Source of the DNA: Acidimicrobiales bacterium
GTDB lineage: Bacteria; Actinomycetota; Acidimicrobiia; Acidimicrobiales; VFJN01
Direction: 5' to 3'
Assembly (NCBI GenBank): GCA_050744325.1
Contig: JBOGHK010000007.1
Location: forward strand, 77 to 64,076
Length of the DNA: 64,000 bases
In this document: positions 51,099-59,596 of the stretch, in pieces
Layout of the letters: each line of letters begins with the position of its first letter
Position numbering within the stretch: the stretch's first letter is position 1
Program-made: the position numbers and the translations under genes
Notes under the pieces: model-generated
Databases searched by the model: none
What the model was told of the DNA's origin: nothing
What the model saw: only the letters and a program-made list of their open reading frames with translations

Positions 51099-53588
51099 AT
51101 GAAGGCCGTCATCATGGCCGGAGGAGAGGGCACTCGGCTTCGCCCCCTGACGTCGAATGCCCCGAAGCCGATGCTGCCGATCGCCAACCGGCCGATGATG
51201 GAGCACATCGTCAACCTGCTCAAGCTCCACGGCTTCGACGAGATCGTGGTCACCGTGGCCTACCTGGCCAACCACATCCGCAACTACTTCGGCGACGGCT
51301 CCGAGCTCGGCGTGCGCATGGTCTACGCCACCGAGGAGACACCGCTCGGCACGGCGGGGTCGGTCCGCAACGCGATGGACGAGCTCAAGGAGCGGTTCCT
51401 GGTCATCTCGGGCGACGTGATCACCGACTTCGACCTCGGCTCGATCGTCGCGTTCCACGACGAGCGCGACGCCCTCGCCACCATCGGGCTGACCCCGGTC
51501 GACAACCCGCTGGAGTTCGGCATCGTCATCACCCGCGAGGACGGCTCGGTCGAGCGGTTCCTCGAGAAGCCCACGTGGGGTCAGGTGTTCAGCGACACCA
51601 TCAACACCGGGATCTTCGTGCTCGAGCCCGAGGTCTTCGACTGGATCGAACCGGGCCGCTCAGTCGACTTCTCCTCCGAGGTCTTCCCCGCCTTGCTGGC
51701 AGCCGGCAAGCCGCTGTTCGGTGCCGTCGCCGAGGGCTACTGGGAGGATGTCGGCACGCTCGAGGCCTACGCCCGAGCCCACAAGGACGTGCTCGACGCC
51801 CGGGTGCAGCTCGACATCCCGGGCTTCGAGATCAGCGACGGGGTGTTCATCGGCGAGGGCGCCGAGATCCACCCGGACGCCGAGCTGGTCGGCCCGGCGA
51901 TCGTCGGCGACTACTGCCGCGTCGAGGCGGGAGCGCGGCTGCGTGAGTACACGGTGCTCGGCACGAACGTGCGGATCCGGGCCGGGGCCGACCTCGAGCG
52001 GGCCATCGTCCACGACAACACCTACATCGGCGAGGGCACCCAGCTCCGGGGCGCCACCGTGGGGCGCTCGTGCGACCTGCGCAACGGCGTCCGGGCCGAG
52101 GAGGGCGTGGTGCTCGGCGACGAGTGCTTCGTCGGCGACCAGGCGGTGCTGAGCGCGGGGGTCAAGGTCTACCCCTTCAAGACCGTCGAGACCCGGGCGG
52201 TGGTCAACTCGTCGATCGTGTGGGAGTCCCGCGGCGCCCGCAGCCTGTTCGGCCGGCTGGGAGTCGCCGGCCTGTCCAACGTCGACGTGACCCCCGAACT
52301 GGCCACCCGGGTGGCGATGGCCTACGCCACCACGCTCAAGAAGGACGCGACGGTCATCACCTCCCGCGACTCCAGCCGGTCGTCGCGGATGCTCAAGCGG
52401 GCCGCGATGGCGGGGCTCAACGCGGCCGGGGTGAACGTGCGCGACCTCGAGGTCGCGTCGGTCCCGGTGACCCGGTTCGCGATCCGCAACCCCGACGTCG
52501 CCGGCGGCATCACCCTGCGGCTGGTCGAGGGCGACCCGCAGACGGTGGTGATCCGGTTCTTCGACGCCCACGGTGCCGACATCACCGAGGTCGGGCAGCG
52601 CAAGATCGAGCGGCTGTTCCTGCGCGAGGACTTCCGCCGGGTGTTCCCAAGCGAGATCGGCGACATCGGCTTCCCGCCCCGCCACCTCGAGCAGTACAGC
52701 GCGGCGTTGGAGACGACCGTCGACATCGAGCGGATCCAGCGGGCCGAGTTCAAGGTGGTGCTCGACTACGCGTACGGCGCCGCGTCCTTCGTGATGCCCA
52801 ACGTGCTGTCGCGGCTCGGGGCCGACGTCCTTGCCGTGAACCCGTATGCCTCCACGCTCCGGGCGATGTCCTGGGATGCCGACGAGCACGCCCGCGAGAT
52901 CGGTCGGCTGGTGCGGGCGTCCGGCGCCAGCCTCGGCGCGGTCATCGACCCCGACGGCGAGCGCCTGATCCTGGCCGACGACACCGGACGGGTGCTCGAC
53001 GACACCCAGGCGCTGCTGGCGTTCGTCGCGCTGGACGCAGCCCATCTCGACGACGGGCAGGCCATCGCTCTGCCGCTCACCGCCACCATGCACGCCGAAG
53101 CCCTGGCCCGCGACCGGGGCGTCGAGGTGGTGCGCACCAAGCTCTCGAACCCGGCGCTGATGGCTGCGGCAGCGCGAAAGGGCGTCGGCTTCGCCGCGAA
53201 CACCCGTGGCGGGTTCATCCTGCCGAGCTTCCTGCCGGCCTTCGACGCGGCCGCCGCTCTGGTCAAGCTGCTCGAGCTCCTGGCGCTAGACGGTGTGCCG
53301 CTGTCCAAGGTGGTCAGCTCCTTGCCGTCGGTGCACGTCGCGCACGACACCGTCGTGACCCCGTGGGAGCAGAAGGGCACGGTCATGCGCTCGCTGGTCG
53401 AGCAATCCAAAGAGCGCGAGGTCGACCTGGTCGACGGCGTCCGCGTGCAGCACGGCGAGGCGTGGGCGCTGGCTCTGCCCGACCCCGAGGAGCCGGTCAC
53501 CCACATCTGGGCCGAGGCGCTGACCGACACCGACGCGCGCCGTCTGGTGCAGGAGTACGCCCGCCGCATCCGCCAGATGGTGCGCTGA
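51099..53588 (+). CDS. Bifunctional sugar-1-phosphate nucleotidylyltransferase / phosphohexomutase (ManC-ManB type)
   Basis: ATG 51099 (MKAVIMAGGEGTRLRPLT). Left-handed beta-helix hexapeptide region, then a PGM/PMM-like C-terminal half. Confidence 0.85.
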   Translation: MKAVIMAGGEGTRLRPLTSNAPKPMLPIANRPMMEHIVNLLKLHGFDEIVVTVAYLANHIRNYFGDGSELGVRMVYATEETPLGTAGSVRNAMDELKERFLVISGDVITDFDLGSIVAFHDERDALATIGLTPVDNPLEFGIVITREDGSVERFLEKPTWGQVFSDTINTGIFVLEPEVFDWIEPGRSVDFSSEVFPALLAAGKPLFGAVAEGYWEDVGTLEAYARAHKDVLDARVQLDIPGFEISDGVFIGEGAEIHPDAELVGPAIVGDYCRVEAGARLREYTVLGTNVRIRAGADLERAIVHDNTYIGEGTQLRGATVGRSCDLRNGVRAEEGVVLGDECFVGDQAVLSAGVKVYPFKTVETRAVVNSSIVWESRGARSLFGRLGVAGLSNVDVTPELATRVAMAYATTLKKDATVITSRDSSRSSRMLKRAAMAGLNAAGVNVRDLEVASVPVTRFAIRNPDVAGGITLRLVEGDPQTVVIRFFDAHGADITEVGQRKIERLFLREDFRRVFPSEIGDIGFPPRHLEQYSAALETTVDIERIQRAEFKVVLDYAYGAASFVMPNVLSRLGADVLAVNPYASTLRAMSWDADEHAREIGRLVRASGASLGAVIDPDGERLILADDTGRVLDDTQALLAFVALDAAHLDDGQAIALPLTATMHAEALARDRGVEVVRTKLSNPALMAAAARKGVGFAANTRGGFILPSFLPAFDAAAALVKLLELLALDGVPLSKVVSSLPSVHVAHDTVVTPWEQKGTVMRSLVEQSKEREVDLVDGVRVQHGEAWALALPDPEEPVTHIWAEALTDTDARRLVQEYARRIRQMVR

Positions 53589-53603
53589 CGCTTTCGCCCG
53601 CCC

Positions 53604-54158
53604 TTGTCAACCGAATCCGGGCGTGGGACGTCTGGTGGGGCGATGATGGCCATCGTGTCGGCGACGAGCACCGAGTTCGATCGGTTGTACCGAGAGCACT
53701 ACCGACCCTTGGTGCGGCTGGCGTCGATCCTGGTCGACGACGTCAGCGTGTGCGAAGAGATCGTCCAGGACGCGTTCGTGGCTGTGGTCCGGCGGGGTGG
53801 CGGATGGGCCGATGCCGAGCGGGCGCCGGCCTACCTTCGCTCAGCGGTGCTGAACGGAGCACGGTCCCACCTGCGCAAGCAGCAGGTCCGGCGCCGCTGG
53901 CTGCGGATGGCGCGCCCACCGGACGACGGCCCATCGGCCGACCGGCCGGCCCTGCTGGCCGCGGAGCACCGAACGATGCTCGATGCCCTGCGGGCCCTGC
54001 CCGAGCGTCAGCGTGAGGTGCTCGCGCTGCGCTACTACGTCGAGCTCTCCGAGGCGGAGATCGCCGACACCCTCGGGATCAGCCGAGGTTCGGTGAAGAC
54101 CCACGCCCACCGCGGCCTCGCGACCCTGGCCACCCGATTCGAGGAGGACGAGCGATGA
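53604..54158 (+). CDS. ECF (SigE-type) RNA polymerase sigma factor
   Basis: Region 2 (VQDAFVAVVRR..YLRSAVLNGARSHLRK) and region 4 (LPERQREVLALRYYVELSEAEIADTLGISRGSVKTHAHRG). Start is TTG 53604 or ATG 53643. Confidence 0.8.
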   Translation: MSTESGRGTSGGAMMAIVSATSTEFDRLYREHYRPLVRLASILVDDVSVCEEIVQDAFVAVVRRGGGWADAERAPAYLRSAVLNGARSHLRKQQVRRRWLRMARPPDDGPSADRPALLAAEHRTMLDALRALPERQREVLALRYYVELSEAEIADTLGISRGSVKTHAHRGLATLATRFEEDER

Positions 54159-55129
54159 CCGCCGAAGATCGCCTCCGCCAGGCCATCGAGGCTCGGACTG
54201 CTTCGATCGAACCCTCACTCGACGACGGGTTGGAGCGGATCGAGGCCAAGCTCGCCGCCCCGAGCGCCCCGAGCGTCCCGTCGCGGACGCCTTCGAAGAC
54301 CTGGCTGATGGCCGCCGCCATCCTCGTGGTCGTGGTGGCGGCAGTCACTGCCGGGCTGGCGCTGCGAGCTGGCGAGGACGGCAACGACGTCGACATCAGC
54401 AACGAACCCGTCCGTCCCGACACTGACCCATCGGACACCATGCCGGCACCATCGACCACGGAGACGCCCTCCACCGTCGACAGCACGACGACCACGGCGC
54501 CGCCGGGTTCGCAGCCGTCGGATCAGCCCTCCGAGGAGCCGTCCACGCCGCCGGCCGACGTCGTGGCCCAAGCCGTGTGGCCGCGTCCGTCCAGCGACGT
54601 CCGCTTCGACGACCCCGTGGCCGCCGCTCGCAGCTTCGCCCTCTACCTCGCGCAGTTCGCCGAGCCGGTGGTGGGCGAGTTCCGGGCGGGTGACAGCCGG
54701 TCCGGCGAAGTGCCGGTCCAGCCGACGGCTGGGGGGCCCGAGACGACCGTCCTGGTCCGCCAGCTCAGCGACGACCACTGGTACGTCATCGGCTCGACGA
54801 CGGCGGACATCACCGTCGACCAGCCCACGGCCGGCGCGGCGCTCGCATCGCCCCAGCCGCTGTCCGGCCAGGCGCTGGCGTTCGAGGGCAACGTCCAGGT
54901 CCAGCTCCTTGGCTACCTGCCCGACGGCCGGTCGGAGCGTCTGGGGCTCACCTCGGTGACCGGGAGCGGCACGCCGCCCGCGGGACCGTTCACCGGCACG
55001 TTGGACTGGGCCTCCGGCTCCGCCGATCTGGAGCCCACCGGCGTCCTCGTCTTCTGGACCAGCGACGAATCCCTCGAGATCGGTGGTTCCCTGCAGGTCG
55101 TAGCGTTCCCGGTCACGATCCGCGGTTAG
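54155..55129 (+). CDS. Single-pass membrane protein with Gmad2-type Ig-like domain (anti-sigma-like position)
   Basis: ATGA overlap with the sigma stop. TM segment WLMAAAILVVVVAAVTAGLAL. C-terminal ALAFEGNVQVQLLG..GPFTGTLDW. Confidence 0.6.
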   Translation: MTAEDRLRQAIEARTASIEPSLDDGLERIEAKLAAPSAPSVPSRTPSKTWLMAAAILVVVVAAVTAGLALRAGEDGNDVDISNEPVRPDTDPSDTMPAPSTTETPSTVDSTTTTAPPGSQPSDQPSEEPSTPPADVVAQAVWPRPSSDVRFDDPVAAARSFALYLAQFAEPVVGEFRAGDSRSGEVPVQPTAGGPETTVLVRQLSDDHWYVIGSTTADITVDQPTAGAALASPQPLSGQALAFEGNVQVQLLGYLPDGRSERLGLTSVTGSGTPPAGPFTGTLDWASGSADLEPTGVLVFWTSDESLEIGGSLQVVAFPVTIRG

Positions 55130-55147
55130 GCCGGCACCAGGGCTGAA

Positions 55148-55166
55148 CCTCGACCTGACGTCGAGG
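55148..55166. terminator. Short stem-loop CCTCGAC-N5-GTCGAGG
   Basis: Lies in the 66-nt gap before gcvH. Confidence 0.35.
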
Positions 55167-55195
55167 CTTGCAGCCATTGAGTAGCCTGCCCCTCC

Positions 55196-55576
55196 ATGGA
55201 CATTCCCGACGGGCTTCGGTACTCGACCGACCACGAGTGGGTGCGCCCCGAGGAAGGTCGAGTTCGCATCGGCATCAGCGACTATGCGCAGGACGCCCTG
55301 GGCGACGTCGTCTACGTCGACCTGCCCGAAGTCGGTGCCAAGGTGCAGCAGGGCGAGGCCTGCGCAGAGGTCGAGTCCACCAAGTCGGTGTCCGAGATCT
55401 ATGCGCCGGTCACCGGCACCGTGGTCGAGGTCAACGGCGACCTGACCGACAACCCGGAGCGTCTGAACGAAGATCCTTACGGCGAAGGCTGGATCTGTGT
55501 GATCGAGGTGGAGGATCCGGCCCAGCTCGACGAGCTGGTCGACGCCGAGGGCTATCGGACGCTGATCGAGGGGTGA
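55196..55576 (+). CDS. gcvH: Glycine cleavage system H protein
   Basis: YSTDHEWV, GISDYAQDALGDVVYVDLP, and the lipoyl-lysine context VESTKSVSEIYAP. Confidence 0.9.
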   Translation: MDIPDGLRYSTDHEWVRPEEGRVRIGISDYAQDALGDVVYVDLPEVGAKVQQGEACAEVESTKSVSEIYAPVTGTVVEVNGDLTDNPERLNEDPYGEGWICVIEVEDPAQLDELVDAEGYRTLIEG

Positions 55577-55580
55577 ACCC

Positions 55581-56063
55581 ATGGTCGCCGACGTGATCTG
55601 CAGCCAATGTGGCCATCAGAACTCCGTAGAGTCGAACTTCTGCTCCTCGTGCGGCGCGCCACTGCAGCGCCGCGAGAACGTCACCACCACGGTCAACTTC
55701 ACCCCTGACATCGAGGGCGACGACGACGTAGCCGTCGAGTTCGGCGAGGTGCCGGTGGGTGTGGGCGTCCTCGTCGTGAAGCGCGGCCCGAACGTGGGGT
55801 CGCGGTTCGCGCTCGACACCGACTACGTGCGGGCCGGGCGGCACCCCGAGAGCGACATCTTCCTCGACGACATCACCGTGTCGCGGCGTCACGCCGAGAT
55901 CCGCCGCGAGGCCGAGGGCTACGTGGTCTACGACGCCGGCTCACTGAACGGCACCTACCTCAACCGCGAGCGCGTCGACCGCGCCGTCCTCCACAACGGC
56001 GACGAGGTGCAGATCGGCACGTTCAAGCTGGTGTTCCTCCTCGGGCCCGCAGGTGCGATGTGA
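55581..56063 (+). CDS. garA: GarA/OdhI-like FHA-domain protein with N-terminal zinc ribbon
   Basis: LVVKRGPNVGSRFALD..AGRHPESDIFLDDITVSRRHAEI..GSLNGTYLNRERVD..GDEVQIGTFKLVFL closely parallels M. tuberculosis GarA as I recall it. Extra CSQCGHQNSVESNFCSSCG at the N-terminus. Confidence 0.8.
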   Translation: MVADVICSQCGHQNSVESNFCSSCGAPLQRRENVTTTVNFTPDIEGDDDVAVEFGEVPVGVGVLVVKRGPNVGSRFALDTDYVRAGRHPESDIFLDDITVSRRHAEIRREAEGYVVYDAGSLNGTYLNRERVDRAVLHNGDEVQIGTFKLVFLLGPAGAM

Positions 56064-57073
56064 GCGCCGCGCCGGCATCCCATGGCCGCGCCCACCTGTC
56101 GATCGGCGAGGTCCTGTCGCTGCTGCAGGACGAGTTCCCCGACGTGACGATCTCGAAGATCCGGTTCCTCGAGAGCCAAGGGCTGCTCGATCCCGAGCGC
56201 ACCCCGTCCGGCTACCGCAAGTTCTACGACCAGGACATCGATCGCCTCCGGTCGATCCTGCGGCTCCAGAAGGAGCACTACCTGCCGCTCAAGGTGATCA
56301 AGGACCGCCTCGACTCCGGCGACCTGTCCGCACCTGCCAACGGCGTGAGCGAGCTGCCGGCCGAGCCGGCACCGCAGGCGTCCCGTCCGACCGAGCCGCC
56401 CCGGACGGCCGACCGTCCGGTGCTGACGATGCCCGAGCGCGCCGACCGGCCGTCGGCTCGCCGGCCGTCGACGTCCGAGCCACGACCGCCGACGTCGTCC
56501 CGTTCGGCGCCGCGCCGCGCCGCGTCGCCCGCGAGCCAGAGCCCGCCATCGGGTGGGGCCGCCAACCGGTCCCAGCAGGGCGACCGGGCCAGCGGTCCCC
56601 GTCCGTCGGCGCAGGCCCGAGGGCCACGAGCCAACCCGACGGCGCCAGCGTCGGGGCCGCAGCCACCGGCGACGATGCCGGCCGCCGAGGCCGTCAGCCT
56701 CACCATCGAGGAGCTTGCCGACGCCAGCGGCCTCTCGGTCCGCGACATCCGCGATCTCGAGCGGTTCGGGTTGATCGAGGCCTACGATTCGGGCGCGGGC
56801 TCCGCCTACGACGGTGACGCTCTGATCGTGGCTCAGACCGCGGCCGGGTTCCTCCAGCACGGCATCGAGGCCCGACACATGCGGACCTACAAGGTGGCCG
56901 TCGACCGCGAGGCCGGGCTGTTCGAGCAGATCGTGTCGCCGGTCCTCAAGCAGCGGAACCCCGAGGCGCGGACGCGGGCGTCGCGGACGGTCACCGAGCT
57001 GATCCGCCTCGGCGAAGTCATGCGTGGCGTGCTGTTGCGCCGTGAGCTTCGCGACCACCTCGGCGGTCGCTAG
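56060..57073 (+). CDS. MerR-family regulator (Rv1828/FtsR-like position) with long Pro/Ser/Arg-rich linker
   Basis: GTGA overlap. LSIGEVLSLLQDEFPDVTISKIRFLESQGLLDPERTPSGYRKFY is the HTH. A second conserved C-terminal domain follows after a ~118-aa low-complexity stretch. Confidence 0.7.
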   Translation: MSAAPASHGRAHLSIGEVLSLLQDEFPDVTISKIRFLESQGLLDPERTPSGYRKFYDQDIDRLRSILRLQKEHYLPLKVIKDRLDSGDLSAPANGVSELPAEPAPQASRPTEPPRTADRPVLTMPERADRPSARRPSTSEPRPPTSSRSAPRRAASPASQSPPSGGAANRSQQGDRASGPRPSAQARGPRANPTAPASGPQPPATMPAAEAVSLTIEELADASGLSVRDIRDLERFGLIEAYDSGAGSAYDGDALIVAQTAAGFLQHGIEARHMRTYKVAVDREAGLFEQIVSPVLKQRNPEARTRASRTVTELIRLGEVMRGVLLRRELRDHLGGR

Positions 57074-57136
57074 TGGCTCGTTCGCGCCCTGCTATGGCGG
57101 ACGAAAACCCAACCCCTGCGAGTAGGGTGACAAGCG

Positions 57137-57628
57137 ATGGCCGTGGAGATGGAACTGGTGAGCGTGGAGGCGCCAGAGCTACCGGCCCGCACGCCGGTGG
57201 TCATCCTCCGCGAGCGTTCGGGCCGCCGTCGGATCCTGCCCATCTTCATCGGAACACCGGAGGCACAGGCCATCGCGCTGGCCATGCAACGCATCGAGAC
57301 ACCGCGTCCGATGACCCACGACCTGATGCGAGCACTGCTCGAAGAGCTGGGCGCGCAGGTCGAGCGCATCGTGGTCACCGAGCTGCGCGAGGGCACGTTC
57401 TACGCCGACATCCTGTTGCGGGCCGACGGCAAGGTCCGCACGGTGTCGAGTCGGCCGTCGGACGCGATAGCGCTGGCCATCCGCATCGGGTCGCCGATCT
57501 TCGCCGAGGAGGACGTCCTCGAGGAGGCCGGCCGCACCGAGCAGCCCGACGCCGAGGAGGCCGAGCAGATGGTCGAGGAGTTCCGTGCCTTCATCGACCA
57601 CGTCAACCCCGAGGATTTCGCCCCCTGA
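57137..57628 (+). CDS. Bifunctional nuclease family protein (DUF151, Rv1829-like)
   Basis: PVVILRE..ILPIFIGTPEAQAIALAM..PRPMTHDLM..GTFYADILL..SSRPSDAIALAIR. Confidence 0.8.
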   Translation: MAVEMELVSVEAPELPARTPVVILRERSGRRRILPIFIGTPEAQAIALAMQRIETPRPMTHDLMRALLEELGAQVERIVVTELREGTFYADILLRADGKVRTVSSRPSDAIALAIRIGSPIFAEEDVLEEAGRTEQPDAEEAEQMVEEFRAFIDHVNPEDFAP

Positions 57629-57738
57629 CCGCTGTGAGGCGTGCGTTGCTCTTCGCTGAGTAGCGCCGTAGCCTCACGTGGTGACATCGACGTAATTCCG
57701 CGGGTGTCACGATTCGTCGGTCAACCAGGAGCGCGAAC

Positions 57739-58236
57739 GTGAAGAAGTCCTCCGAGTCACCGGTCGAAGGGTACAGCGGGAAGCGCGCCGCCGAGATCGT
57801 CGACATCTCCTACCGGCAGCTCGACTACTGGGCACGCACCGACCTCATCCGGCCCAGCCTGGCCGACGCCCACGGCAGCGGCACACGACGGCGCTACAGC
57901 TACCGCGACCTCATCGAGCTCAAGCTGGTGAAGACGCTGCTCGACTCTGGCAACCGGCTCGAGACCGTCCGCGACGCGTTCCAGTACATCCGCGACCAGC
58001 TCGGCGAGGATCTCTCGTCCGCGAAGCTGGTAGTGGCCGGTAACAGCGTGGTGCTGGTCCGCGAGAACGACGAGCTGATCGCCGTGATCTCCAGGCACAA
58101 GGGCCAGGGAGTCTTGAACTTCCTCGATCTGGAGGTCGTCAAGGAGGAGGTCGACTCTGCGCTGGTCGAGCTCTTTCCCGAGGCTGGGCGGGCCCCGGGA
58201 CCGGCAACGTCCCGGAAGCTGACCGCCTCGGGCTGA
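57739..58236 (+). CDS. MerR-family regulator (Rv1830-like)
   Basis: YSGKRAAEIVDISYRQLDYWARTDLIRPS..RRRYSYRDLIELKLVKTLLDSG. Confidence 0.75.
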   Translation: MKKSSESPVEGYSGKRAAEIVDISYRQLDYWARTDLIRPSLADAHGSGTRRRYSYRDLIELKLVKTLLDSGNRLETVRDAFQYIRDQLGEDLSSAKLVVAGNSVVLVRENDELIAVISRHKGQGVLNFLDLEVVKEEVDSALVELFPEAGRAPGPATSRKLTASG

Positions 58237-58245
58237 GACAGCGGA

Positions 58246-58287
58246 CTGCCCGCGCTCAGCGCTTGATCAAGCGTCGAGCACGGGCAG
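58246..58287. terminator. Composite bidirectional hairpin (CTGCCCG...CGGGCAG enclosing palindrome CGCTTGATCAAGCG)
   Basis: Lies between the convergent MerR (ends 58236) and ompA-like (ends 58298) genes. Confidence 0.6.
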
Positions 58288-58297
58288 GATCCGTGGC

Positions 58298-59506
58298 TCA
58301 TCCGGGATGGACGGTGATGACCACCCGGCGGTTCTGGGCCTGGCCTTCGGGCGTGTCGTTGGATGCCGCCGGGGCCGTCTCGCCGTAACCGGTCGTCGTG
58401 ACGCCAGCCGGGTCGATCCCGCCGGTCGTCGTCAGCCATTCGGCGACCGCCGCCGCCCGGTCCTCGGACAGCTGTTGGTTGTACTCGGGCTCGCCGACGG
58501 CGTCGGTGTGGCCCTCGACGGTGATCGTGTACCCGGTGAACTGGGCCTCGATCTCGCCGACGATCGCCTCCAGCGTGGGGACCGCGTCGGACCGCAGCTC
58601 GGACCGGTCGAAGTCGAACAGCACGTCCGCAGGTGCCACGTACGCCGTCTGGTCGTCGCCTTCGATGACCTCGGCCTCCGTGCCTTCGAGCGTGTAGGCC
58701 GGCAGGCTCTCGGCCGGGACCGACGCCGCGGCCACCGACACCGCATCGACCGACAGTGCCGGCACCGAGACGCTGTCGGTGCAGTCGTCGTCGACGTCGG
58801 CATCGACGCACACCGGCCCCCGGTAGCCGGACTCACGATAGAGGGACTCCCGGTAGGCGGACTCGCGGTAGACCGACTCGCGGTACGCCGAGCTGACGTA
58901 GGTCTCGCCCTCCGCCGGCTCCTGCTGGCAGACCTGCTCGGCCCGGACGCCGTCGACGTGGACCCCGTCCGCGGACGAACCGTCCGCCGACAGCCCGTCG
59001 ATCGTCTGTCCGGCGACGTTGCCTTCGGCCACCGAGTAGCCCGGCACCTCGACGGGCGGGATGTCGAAGCCGGTGATCTCGACGGCGGGCAGGCAGCCCC
59101 CGGGCGCGTCGTACTCGATGATGCATCCGGCATCGACGACCCGCTCGGATATGCGCACGGCCGGCACCTCGAAGCCGGAGACGGTCTCGCCCGCCAAGGT
59201 GTCGTCGTCGACCACGAAGGCGTCGACGTCGACCGCGGGGATCACGACGTCGTCGAGCTCGGTGACCGTCCGGTCGGGGCCGGGGGCGCACTCGTCGTTG
59301 GACTCCTCCTCGGAGGAGGACGTGGCGACTTCGCCCTCGGACGATTCGCCCTGCGACGATTCGTCGTCGGCCTCGCTAGCGCGTCCGTCGTCCGGCGTGC
59401 GGGAATCCACCGCGACGCTCTCGGTCTGCGCGATGTCGTCGTCGTCGCCGCATGCAGCCAGTGCCGTGAGAGCGACGGTGGTGATGATCAGGATGTGACG
59501 TTTCAT
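58298..59506 (-). CDS. OmpA-family lipoprotein with acidic repeat-rich N-terminal region
   Basis: Lipobox LTALAACGDDDD. C-terminal OmpA domain (FDFDRSELRSDA..TVEGHTDAVGEPEYNQQLSEDRAAAV..NRRVVITV). Confidence 0.8.
   Translation of the reverse strand: MKRHILIITTVALTALAACGDDDDIAQTESVAVDSRTPDDGRASEADDESSQGESSEGEVATSSSEEESNDECAPGPDRTVTELDDVVIPAVDVDAFVVDDDTLAGETVSGFEVPAVRISERVVDAGCIIEYDAPGGCLPAVEITGFDIPPVEVPGYSVAEGNVAGQTIDGLSADGSSADGVHVDGVRAEQVCQQEPAEGETYVSSAYRESVYRESAYRESLYRESGYRGPVCVDADVDDDCTDSVSVPALSVDAVSVAAASVPAESLPAYTLEGTEAEVIEGDDQTAYVAPADVLFDFDRSELRSDAVPTLEAIVGEIEAQFTGYTITVEGHTDAVGEPEYNQQLSEDRAAAVAEWLTTTGGIDPAGVTTTGYGETAPAASNDTPEGQAQNRRVVITVHPG
58821..58890. repeat. 15-bp tandem repeat, about 4.5 copies, encoding (x-Y-R-E-S)n
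   Basis: Encodes SAYRESVYRESAYRESLYRESGYRG on the minus strand. Confidence 0.85.
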
Positions 59507-59596
59507 GGGCTCTTCCGCCTAGGGCTCGATGGGATGTGTCGGCCCGTGTGTCGCGTCAGCGCCGGGGTTGGTTGCATCGATCTCCGAGAAAAGTGG

